A stretch of 64,000 nt of DNA from the NCBI RefSeq assembly GCF_006345805.1, contig NC_043013.1, positions 55,428,001 through 55,492,000 of the forward strand. Reading direction: 5' to 3'. Positions within the stretch are counted from its first letter, which is position 1; each line of letters starts with the position of its first letter. The DNA is from Octopus sinensis. Its lineage: Eukaryota. Position numbers and translations under genes: made by a program. Below, one piece after another: positions 12,752 through 24,190 of this stretch. The notes below the pieces were generated by a model. That model was not told the DNA's origin, made no database searches, and saw only the letters and a list, made by a program, of their open reading frames with translations.

Positions 12752-13025
12752 TATGCCCATGGGCATATGGGGTAATGGTTAAGATTGCAGGCTACTAACC
12801 CCAAGATTCAAGTTCGCTTCCAGGCAGTGAGCTGAATAATAATAATAATAATAACAACAACAACAACAATATTGGAAAATACCTTAGGAATGAGAACCCA
12901 GGTTTGAAATTTCCCAAGACACCTGATGAAGGCTGGAGGGTATATCAGCCGAAACATTGTGTTAACAACAAACAAGATGAGGACAATGATCTGTCAAATG
13001 TAAATAATGTAAATAATGAAAATGC
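12752..13025 (+). mobile_element. Short element: tRNA-like Pol III head + (AAT)n/(AAC)n linker + PLE-type tail with hammerhead motif
   Basis: A-box-like TGGGGTAATGG (12768-12778) and B-box-like AGTTCGCTTCC (12811-12821). Hammerhead at 12919-12962: ACAC-CUGAUGA-A-GGCUG-loop-CAGCC-GAAAC-AUU-GUGU. Confidence 0.6.
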
Positions 13026-14372
13026 ATCTTGTTTCACTGTAAATGATTCAAGCATTATTTCTGTGAATACGCTGCAAAAAAAATATCAAATTTTGAAAAA
13101 AGACTAAATTTAAAATGAACTCAATTACTTGAGGAATTTTTCTAGAATGGAAATGTGGTAATATTTTACTCTTGTGGGTTGAGAAATCCTACCAAGAAAA
13201 TATTTAAATCAGTCTTTTGAGAAATATAACATTATACACCATTTCACAAAATGCAATCTGTCAATTATTTGTTAATTTAAGTGAAGTGTTTTTTATGATT
13301 TCCTTAAGAGCTCTGTGAGGTCATTTTGAAAAGTAGTAACAGCTGCCAAATATATCCGTTTTTTTTTCTTCCACCCTTCTCCAGTTCTATTCTTTACAAA
13401 CTAATTCTCTTCTTGAGACTTTCTCTAATAACAGACAACAAATTGGCAGATTATTAGATTGTAGGAGAAAATGTGGGGTTGTGTTTGTTAGGATTCCAAC
13501 CAATGCCAACATTGTCTTTCATCCTTTCAGAGATTGATAAAATAGAGTACCAACCCATGTTAGAGTACTGGCAGGACTTATAGTGTGCTGGGTAGGATGC
13601 TGTCAGGTATTTACATTGGTTCTTTGTGTTCTAAGTCTTTAGGTGGTAAATGTAACCCACTGGCTGGTCATTGGAACTAACGGTATGCTTTTGGTGATTC
13701 CAAGTAGTAAAAGACAAACACAAAAATGTATACACTCATAGATAACATGTGTGTACACACACATATAAATGTGTGTGCATGTGTGTGTGTGTAGATAGAC
13801 AGACAGACAGATGGCTAGATAGCTAGATATATATATATAGCTAGGTAGACAGACAGACAGACAGATAGATATATGATGCCTTCTAAGCAGTTTCCATCAA
13901 CCAAATTCACTTACAAGCAATTGATTAGTCATGGGACCACAATAGAAGACAATTTCCCAAGGTGCTGCACAATTGAATTGAACCTGAATCCATGCTGTTT
14001 CATAGCAAACTTCTGAAACTCCAAGCCATGATTGTGTCTGATGACAATGGAGGGGCTCCATTTATTGGCTCAGTAATTAGCATAGAAGGTGTAGATAATG
14101 AAACAATTTCTCCCACTGAGGTATAATAGGTGTATTTGTTTATTATTTCATATTATGGTGTACAAGTTGCCGGAGCTGTTAGTAAGTCATATAAAATACC
14201 TTTTAGTATTTGTTTGCTCACTGTACTTCCCGTTCAAAGTCAGCTTTGCCTTTATGTTCTTTTAGTGTAGACAGTTAAAGTACCAGTCCAACCCTAAGTT
14301 TGTTTCTTCTCCCTCCACCTCTCTCTCTCTCTCTCTCTCTTTCTTATCATGTCTTACTTTCTTCCTGTCTAG

Positions 14373-14477
14373 AAGAAATTGGCTGTGTCCGGACGTGGAG
14401 ACGGACTGGCTCCACCTGGCTTTAAAAACTCATGATACACAGTTTGTCATCACAGCGCTGTTACAATCCCAACAGAG
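14373..14477 (+). CDS. Candidate exon, product unknown
   Basis: Long pyrimidine tract + TAG acceptor, GAG|GTAATG donor, 105 nt, locally GC/CpG-rich. Frame 1 is open (RNWLCPDVETDWLHLALKTHDTQFVITALLQSQQ); frame 0 reads KKLAVSGRGDGLAPPGFKNS*. Confidence 0.35.
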
Positions 14478-14606
14478 GTAATGACCCACCATAAACCATC
14501 ATATAGAAAAGCATCATAATAACAACAACAATAACACTAGCTTATTGTATACAGTGCAGCTTACAACTTGTTAGAAAAGAGTATAAGAGGGCACAGAATG
14601 AAACAA

Positions 14607-15690
14607 TATGAGAGTCAGATGTAAAGTTCATAGGCCAACCAAGAGACTCTCACGGAATGAGACCAAATATGGTTTATTTTTAAACCTAAACTTTTTTGCA
14701 GCCCAACTGCTTCTTTTTGATTGGTGTTGCAGTGCTTGGATCTCATTGGTGACTTTCGTCCTGTTGGTCAAAAATGTCATAAACAACAGGTATGACATAA
14801 TTATCACTGCAATATGGGTTCCCAGCCAAATGGTTTTTCATGTTGGGGAACAAACGATAGCAAGATGGGGCTAAATCAGGAGAATGAGAGTTTCATCAAC
14901 CAGTTCAAAGCCACAATCATGCACAGCAGCCATTGAAACCAAGGACCCATGAGCAGGAGCATTGTCCTGATGAAACAAAACCCCTTTTGTTAGTTTTCCT
15001 GAGCGTTTCATCTTGATACAGTCCTCACCATAGTCAATAAACTGAGGCCATCACCTTCCCTGCAGACGAAGCAACCTTGGCCTTCTATGGAGCAGGTGTG
15101 GATGAGTGTTTCCACAGCATGGATTGTCTCTTTGTCTCTGGCTCAAAGTGATGAACCCAACACTCATTCAGGGTTAGAAAACATTCAAAGAAACCAGCTG
15201 GGTCTGTCTGAAACAACGTCAGAGTTTCCTGTGATGTGATTAGCATGGTGTGCTTTGCATCAAGTGCCAGAAAACATGACACTCACCAAGGAGAAACCTT
15301 CATCGTGCCAAGTTCATTGGGCAGAATATTCTCAACTCTCTCACAGGATATGCTAATAGCATTGGCTATTTGATTTATAGTCAATCACCAGTCATCCATC
15401 ACCATGTGGGGAACATGATCAATGTTTTCCTTGGTGGTGGCAGTTGCAGGACGTCCAGACATTGGATCATCTTCAAGACTCTCCTTTATTCTTCTAAAGC
15501 TGCCCACTTTTGCTCTGTTGATAAAGCTGAAGCATCATTACTTAATGTAGTAATCATGTCAGCATGACTGTCCTTGGCGGCAGAACCCTTTTTTCTGCAG
15601 GTACTTGATAACACCCTGATGACAAATTTTGTCCATTTTCGAGAGAAGTCACTCCTACTTTTGAGAGATTCTTTGAACAGTTTTCTTGTT
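14607..15690 (-). mobile_element. Mariner (Tc1/mariner) transposase relic
   Basis: Minus strand: ECWVHHFEPETKRQS, KAKVASSAGKVMASV, FHQDNAPAH, (Y)SPDLAPS, LFPNMKNHLAG. A degraded TA-flanked TIR-like end lies at about 14607. Confidence 0.85.
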
Positions 15691-15922
15691 AAGGTTATCT
15701 CTACAGATATTCTATAGAAATTATAACCAGCACTTATTTTTGTTACGATGTCCCAAACGCAAGATGTCAGATGTAAACAAGCAATGAGGTCAAAGATGAA
15801 AATTGGGTAATGGGCATATTGCCATATTTCACAGGGTTTTCCCCCTTCATCAGTACCTACCTAACAAAATTCAGTGTTGGCTATAATTTCTGTAGAATAC
15901 CTGTAGAGACAACCTTAACAAG
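15685..15922. repeat. 50-bp inverted repeat pair flanking a PLE-like spacer
   Basis: 15685-15734 and 15873-15922 are reverse complements with 5 mismatches. The spacer has a degenerate CUGAUGA-A-GGG...CCC...GAAA motif on the minus strand. Confidence 0.65.
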
Positions 15923-16274
15923 GGATGTAGCAGCACTGCTAACACAGTAGAATGTGGTGTTGATTTATGAAAACATTTAATATACTTTATAGTAAATTAT
16001 GCTTGCACAACAAAATACCATGTATCTACAAGTCATGAGATGTCAGTTGATCTGGAGAGAAAGAATGCAGTTATTAAAAAGGAGAGTTAATTAACGTCTG
16101 CAGGATTTCACAGCTCTCACACCCATTTCTTCATAGTCAGGTAAAGAAAGAGAATTGGGATAACTAAAATCACATAAATACTACACACACTAAAACACAA
16201 AAGGATAGAAATGTTAAAGTAAGTTGTAAAGGAAGGATTAAGAGGAAAGGGTACATAGGCACCCCAGAAGTAGT

Positions 16275-16425
16275 CATCATTATCACCATCATCATCGTTT
16301 AACGTCCATTTTGCATGCTGGCATGGGTTGGACGGTTCAACCAGGGTCTGGGAAGCCAGGAGGCTGCACCAGGTGCCAATCTGATCTGGCAATGTTTCTA
16401 CAGCTGGATGCCCTTCCTAATGCCA
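16275..16425 (-). mobile_element. RTE 3'-tail fragment
   Basis: Reverse complement of the RTE terminal sequence with an (ATC)n tail. Confidence 0.75.
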
Positions 16426-17150
16426 GAAACAGTGACATGAAGCCAGTTAAAATTTAGCTTCTTTGAAATATTTCACAGTTATAAACCAAACATGTCCTTT
16501 CTAAATTGTAACTTATGTATTGCTCCCTAATATTTCCAGTTTCTTGCATGAAACCATATTAAATTTGAATTACATCTTAGCTTAATCATTGCTGATAAAA
16601 TATGCAGATATGGAAGTCATTGATCTTAGTAAAGATTTATAGTATTCAGAATGCTTGATTTCAATATTGAAACTTTAATTCTGCCATTAATGAAAAAAAT
16701 TTACATGCTCCGAAAATCCAACCTAAAATGTACTTTAATATAAAATTAATTTCATGCTTTTATAAATATCACATTAGCATTAATAACAATAATGCTATAT
16801 AACATATTTATTCTAGACAAAATGTTTTTTCCTCTCTCCAACACTTCTCTATTATTCCCTTTTTATTCACTAAATGAATTAATTGCTTTATGAGGTTATC
16901 TACATACTTATATATAATTTGAGGCATTCACATCATAATTCATGTAAAAGGAATTCACATGAATCATAATATAGACAAAATAACTGAAGGCCATTTTATT
17001 TCTTTAAACTTATTTCAGTTTTCTGCTTTAAAAGAATGAAAAGTGTTTCTACAACATTAAAGGATTTTGCCAGGAAGCGATTGGCTACATTTTTCATCTT
17101 AATTTTTTGTAACCTGATATTACTTCTACCATAAATTACACACATAGACA

Positions 17151-17197
<47 letters not shown>

Positions 17198-18462
17198 TCA
17201 CATACCTATTGAAGTATATTGCCAAAAGCTATTAAAATAGATAAGATTTTCTCATACTTTGAATTACTTTTACTTAACCCAGGCTATAAACGGAAGACTT
17301 TTCAGCACATCTATCATAATTCTAACAAGAAACAAATGATTTAAATTGGTAATATTACCAATAAATTAATAGCAAATAGATAAAACCTTGAATTGTCGCA
17401 TATTAAATTATAAATGACATTTACAAAATAAATAAGTAATTAAAATAAAACAGTAATTACTTATGAAAGTGAATTATGTTAAGAAACAAAAATTTTGATT
17501 TTAGAATTTAAACTTTGATCCTGTTATAACTTTAATGTGTTATTAATTCATTTTATTTTAATTCTGGAGAAGAAATGAATAATTAATTGGCTTACAAATG
17601 GTGTAAGGGCTTTGTGCTTTGGAAATTAGGCATTTCATTGAAATGGTAAAGTATTAAATATGTTTCAACATTTCAGCAGTTTCTTGTGTTTTTCTCTGTT
17701 CAAAGTCTTCTAGATAAAATTCACTTTTAATTCCCTGAGCATCAATTATCAGTCTTATGTAGGATTCAAATTAATTGCTAATCCTTTTATTCAAAGATTA
17801 ATATACTAAATATTTTGAGAGATGTTTAATAAAAGTGCATTGGTAAAATCATTGTTTCCTAAATTTGGATGTGCAAATCCAATTAATTTGAGTCTTTTAC
17901 AGTTTGATAATCTAAACTATAATTCTTGTATACAAGAAATGATATGAAAACTCAAACTGCTCCAGACGAAAAAAAACATTTAACCTAATAAGTCACAGGT
18001 GTGGCTGCATAATTAATTATAAAGGATTATAATTAAAAGGGTTGATGCATAACTACATAGTTCTGGGGTTTAATTTCACTGTGTGATACCTTAGACAAAT
18101 AGGCATCTTCTACTCTGGCCTTGGACTGATACTTTCTGAGTGGAATACCATAGAACAGAGACTGGACAAGAGAACATATATATTGTAACTTGTGTGTATA
18201 AAGACAGTTTCTGTTAAGATTTGAGCTCTACATCAATAATTACCCTCCTGTTTGCTTCCTGTGGGGTGGTTAAGCAACTGCTATATTTAGCAGTATTACT
18301 AATTATGATAAACAGAGCAAATGCTGGGGAATTTACAATAGACACGAGTTTATATTAGTTTTTAACATACATTTCACCATTTTGGTTGTTTGAAATTCTG
18401 CATTGGATGTCTGAAATGCAATTAAATGCTTAACCACAATGGATCATCAGTAGGAGTGGCTC

Positions 18463-18875
18463 ATAGGAGTGGCTGTGTGGTAAGTAGCTTGCTCACCAAC
18501 CAGGTTCAGTCACACTGCATAGCACCTTTGGCAAGTGTCTTATACTATAGCCTTGGGCCAACCAAAGCCTCGTGGGTGGATTTGGTAGACGGAAACTGAA
18601 AGAGGCCCGTCATATGTGTATGTGTATATATGTATATATGTGTGTGTGTGTGTGAGTGTGTGTATAAGTATGTATGTTTGTGCGTGTGTTTGTCCCCTCT
18701 CAACTTGACAACTGATGCTGGTGTGCTAACATCCCTGTAACTTAGAGGTTCAGCAAATGACACCGATAGAATAAGTACTAGGCTTACAAAGAACAAGTTC
18801 TGGGATCGATTTGTTTGCCTAAAGGTGGTGCTGCAGCATGGCCACACTCAAATGACTGAAATAAGTAAAAGAATA
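18463..18875 (+). mobile_element. tRNA-derived SINE family B (head + body + internal TA/TG microsatellite + 3' module)
   Basis: GGAGTGGCTGTGTGGTAAGTAGCTTGC head, GTGGATTTGGTAGACGGAAACTGAAAGA body and CAAATGACTGAAAT...AAAAGA end, shared with many copies in the window. Confidence 0.85.
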
Positions 18876-19429
18876 AACACTTTAGCATACCATGTTACAG
18901 AGAACTAATATCAAGAGTGGTGGGGGGGGGGGGGTGAAGGCATTTTATAAGTATTTTGAGAGAAAATCATAAAGAAAGCAATTGGTAGAGAAGGTGAAGA
19001 GGGAGAAAGAATCAAGAGAAAGAGAGAGAGAGAATTAAAGAGAGAAAGGAGGGGAAAAAAGGATAATAAAGAGAGAGAGAAGAGAGGCAGGGAAAGAGAA
19101 AGAAGAAAGAAGGAAGTGAAAGTGAAATTAAGATGGACAACCATAAAAGGTAGAACCAGAATATATGTAAACAAATAATTAAGTGGACAAAAACGTGTCT
19201 GAAGATTGAGATTCCATTGTTTTGTGTTATCAGCAGAATCTGGATCTGAATAGTCATCAAGTTGAAAACAAGCATTCATGGAAATTAAATTCTGTGTACA
19301 TTCAAATCTTAAAAATGAAATGTATTTTGATAAATACTGACTTTATAATCATTTAATGCATTTATACATTTGGACACTGTGTATGTATATATATATATAT
19401 ATTATATGCACAGGGAGAATTCACAAAAA

Positions 19430-19560
19430 AACAAAAGACAAAGACAGGTGGTGTAGACAACAAACAGATGTATTAGTATAACGCTCGAGAAGCGAAAAAG
19501 TATTTAACATTTCGAGCCTATGCTTTTCCACAGAAAGGAATTCAGAAAGAAACAAGGAGA
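19430..19560 (-). mobile_element. PLE-type short repeat with a non-canonical hammerhead-like motif
   Basis: Minus strand CUGUGGA-A-AAGC-AUA-GGCU-CGAAAU-GUU at about 19502-19535. The same repeat family occurs at 29085-29215 (+). Confidence 0.45.
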
Positions 19561-20838
19561 GAAAATAATGTGTAGTGGCTAGTGATCTATAATGGTGAAT
19601 GCCAGACAGAAAGGCATGAAAAGTATGGAGAAAAGAAGTTGCCAATGGATTTAAGCACCTGACAAACCTTTCGACCAGAGAAATCAGATCCCTGCCCTTT
19701 GTTCTTCTTTGGTGCACATTGCTAGTGGAGCAGCCATGCTTTACACTGCAAAGCCAGAAAGAAAAATTGCGTGATCAGGCTCAAGCTTTGATCACATGAC
19801 CACAACAGTACCAACTATCAGCATGCATGCGCAGAAGGCAGAGTGACAATAATATAGATATGTTATGGTGAAGGTGCAGATAACTTTTGACTTCCCCTTG
19901 TATATACATTTTTGTATGTATGTATGTATGTATATATACATATAAATACACACACACACTCACACAATATAGAATGACAATGCGGAGCATTGATGTGTAT
20001 AAATACAAGCTTGTTATCGTTTCAAATATGCTTGAGGCATATTCAAACCTGTAAGAAAAACCATTCTCTGCATTCACAGTATTTTATCAGTTTCTTCATG
20101 ATAAAATACAGTCAATAGCTTTCTTTCAGGCTCGAATAGGCCTTGAACATATTTGAAATGTGTGTGTGTGTGTGTATGTGTGTGTGTTTGTTTATGATTT
20201 GCTTAAGTTCGTCTTAATGGTGTTCAAGCCATTCACTAACAACGTGAGGAGACATATTGCCTTTAAGACAGTTCCTGGGGTTTGCAAATGTGTGCTTGTG
20301 TGAGTGTGTGGATATATGCAGGCATATGTGACTGCACTTATGCTCTGTGTGTGTACATGTCTCTAGTACTTTGGTTTTTGTGTGCATCATTACTTTTTGA
20401 CACGTGTGACCTTGTAGATACACGCAGCCAAGTGTGTGCCTTTAAAGATAGGATCTGGGAGATGCCCTTCAGGTTCTTTTGCTATCTCACAGAAAATCAT
20501 TGCATTTAAAGGTTTGTGTGCAAATTCGTCATTACATAACATATGGCTGTACGAATGTATCCAATGTTTGAGAAGAAAACTATATACAGCACAATATAAA
20601 AGCAATATTTAGAACTTCATGTGTACATTTATAGTTTCAATCCACTCAAGAAGAGAAACTGTAATGTTATTCAAAATATCTTGTTGCAGTTATCCATTGA
20701 TATTTTGAGCAGAGAAATACAGAGGAAAAAAAACAAAACAGAACTGGAGATGAAAGTTTATGTTTATTCAATAAAGATATTGAATAAAGGTAAAATCTTA
20801 TCTCCATTCTTGTTTGCTGCGTATGTGTGTGTGTATGT

Positions 20839-20879
<41 letters not shown>

Positions 20880-23384
20880 TGTGTGAGTATAAACTTATTG
20901 ACTGACCCTCTCATTTTCCAAGCATTGTCTCCCTTGCTTTAGGCAAATGTCTTCTGCAGCTCTGAACTAACCAAAGCTTTGCAAGTGGATTTGGTGGAAA
21001 GAAACTAATGAAGCCAATCTTGTGTGCGTGTGTGTGTGTGTGTGGTGTGTGTGTGTGTGTGTGTGCGTGTGCGTGCGTGTGTGTGTGTATGGAAAACAAT
21101 TAAATTTTGGAAAAATTAAAAGAAAAGTTTTTTAAAAGAATATTTGTATAGTATACAAGGGGAATTCTTTTCTTCTTCTTCTCTGCCAAGAATTAATAAC
21201 GACCTCGAACCCACAAGAGTAAACAAGAGAAACAGAGACAGGCAGAAACAAGAAAAATCCCCCTTGTATTTGAATGCTATGCAAATATTCTTTTAAGAAA
21301 CTTTTCATTTAACTTTTCCGAAATTTAATTGTTTTCCATACTTACAGTTGAAAAAGTTTCAATGACTGAAACCGGTACTGAGATGTTTTTTATGAAATAT
21401 TTTAGCATTTTCTACCTTGACTTTTTTTCCATATATATATATATATATATGAGTGTGCATTTGGAGAGAGGAATAGAGACAGACAGGCAGACAGAAATAA
21501 AGTAGGGTGACATGCAGGCTTGTGTATACTAGTGTAATTTATTGTATTCAAATTTGTAAATAAAAAAGGAGTAATTCCCTAAAAGAGGTGGTAGTATGGT
21601 AAAGCCTCATCTTGATATATAAAGGTCAGTAGAATGAGCCGCTTGCAGGCAGTGCTTCAGCATCACATCAATCTCAAAGAAACAATGAAAAAAGTCAAAG
21701 GATAATTTCACAATCTGAGAAAGATAAAAACTAATTATTACATGTGTTTCATTTGCTAATAGGAATTTTGAAAATTCTAAATGTAATAGATAACATGTAA
21801 GATATCACTGACTAGAAATTCTTCAGGCAGAGAATCAAATGATATATTTTTCATTAATATTGATAAACCTAGCATGGATGTGAATTAATATATGAATTTG
21901 AAACAAGAATGATTAAGATAATGATGGATATAACATTGAAGCATATACAAATGTATTTTATCTTTTGAGAAGTTTCTCTGAGACAAAATATTACAGCTGG
22001 TGTCATTTGGCATTTGTAAATAGATTATATATATTTTACAATTTGTTATTATAATGGATCTTGCCAAAACGCTGAATAGTTCGAAAAATACTTTACTTCG
22101 ACTATAAAGTAAAAATCAGAGTAGAAATATAATTATAGAGAGACAAAATAAAAGCAAACTACTGACTATGAAATGGTAAATGATGTAGGAGAATGTTAAA
22201 TTGAGCGAAACTAATTAAGAAATACTCAACTCTGATTTTTTTTAATGGTTTATAAAGCTTTCTGTGTGGTAAAGGTGAGAGAAGAGATGTCAGCAGTCCT
22301 GTGATCAAAGTATTTGAACAGTGACCATGCCATACATTGATTTTTCACACAGTATACCTTGGACTACATTATCAAATGTGTTCTTCCCGTTTTTTTTTTA
22401 AATCCTGTGATATGAGAGGGAAGTTGACTTCTAATTCTAACAGGTCAACCATCCAGTTGGGGATTTCTAGCCAGCTCAAAATTATCAGGTCGTTTTAGCT
22501 CCTGGGTATGTCTTGATCCAGGAGACTTACCAGGGAAGGTGTTCAGCTTAAGACTATCCTGTCCATTTATATATTAGAGTCTCTCTTGTCCAGTATGTCT
22601 CATTTAGGACACGGGCAAATTTAGAGATTTTAGCTGCTATTTCTTGCAGATCAAAGTTACCCATTCGTTTATATGTTACTGCTATTGCTGGATTATGTGC
22701 AGTTGAGCAAACCTATAATCTAAGACAATCCAGCCATAACCATCTCATCCTTATTGTAAACATTATGTACATTTTTTAAGATTATAGAATATGTTTGAAG
22801 TAATTTAGTTGCTATTTTTAGCAAGCTGAGGCTTTGTCATTGACTCATTGCTGTAAATTTTATTGTTTAGTCACAAGTCAGTCCTAGAATTACAATCAAA
22901 GATTTTCCAAAACTGACCATCCTGTCATTTTCTACGAAGTAATGAATGAGGCACTACATTTACTCTGTGAGGCTTTTCCTCAAACAGTGGCACCTAATTT
23001 AAGGAAATTCTGCTGCTATTTCTAACAAACCAAATGTCCACTTAGAGGACTCCTCATGGTCTTACTACTTATGTTTACAATAGTAACAAACAAAGCATAT
23101 ATGAAAATGACTTTTGTTTCATTCTTTGTCATATAATCATTAATCTTTAATGAGTTTCACATTAAATTATTCAATATCAGTCTGTGGTTGTTGTAAAATG
23201 GTTATAGAACTACCTTAAAAGAGCATTTTTTTTTTCTTTTCAAAGATAAGAAAGAATATAGTTTGCTAAGAAAACCATCTCTTAATTATTTACATTAATT
23301 TTAACAGAGTTTTCAGTTAAAATATATACGTCATGCTAATATCAGTGCCTTCTTTTTAGTTTACACACACACACACACACATTT

Positions 23385-23995
23385 TTTATCTTTTATCTTT
23401 TACTTGTTTCAGCCATTTGTCTGTGGTCATACTGGGGCACCACCTTGAAGGGTTTTTTAATCTAACAAATCGACCCCAGGACTTTTTTTTAAAAGCTTGG
23501 TACTTATTTGATTAATCTCTTTTGCTGATATGCCAAGTTACAGGGACATGAACACATGATCACCAGTGGAAGCAAACACAGACGCAAACACACACACACA
23601 CAGATATGTATATATATATATATATATCATCATCATCATCGTTTAATGTTCGTTTTCCATTCTAGCATGGGTTGGACGGTTCAACCGGGGCCTAGGAAGC
23701 CAGGAGGCTGCACCAGGCTCCAGTCTGATCTGGCAGTGTTTCTACAGCTTGATGCCCTTCCTGACACCAACCACTCCGTGGGTGTAGTGGGTGCTTTTTA
23801 CGTGTCACCAGCACAGGTGCCAGGAGAGGCTGGCAATGACCACGATCAGTTGGTGCTTTTTACGTGCCACCAGCACGGAAACCAGTCAAGGTGGCACTGG
23901 CATCGACCACGTACGGATGGTGCTTTTTATGTGCCACCGGCACACACACACACACACAGACACGCATATATATACACACACACACACACACGCAC

Positions 23996-24026
<31 letters not shown>

Positions 24027-24190
24027 AAATGGGCTTCTTTCAGTTTCCATCAACCAAATCCACTCACAAGGCTCTGGTCAGCCTGAGACTATAGTAGAAG
24101 ACACTTGTCCAAGGTTCCACGCAGTGGGACAGAACCCAGAACCACTTAGTTGGGAAGCAAGCTTTTTGCCACACAGTCACGCCCGCACTA
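23385..24190 (-). mobile_element. SINE family B interrupted at its internal microsatellite by an RTE 3' UTR fragment (23625-23940)
   Basis: SINE 3' half at 23385-23580, SINE 5' half at 24025-24190, RTE tail with (ATC)n between them. Confidence 0.75.
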
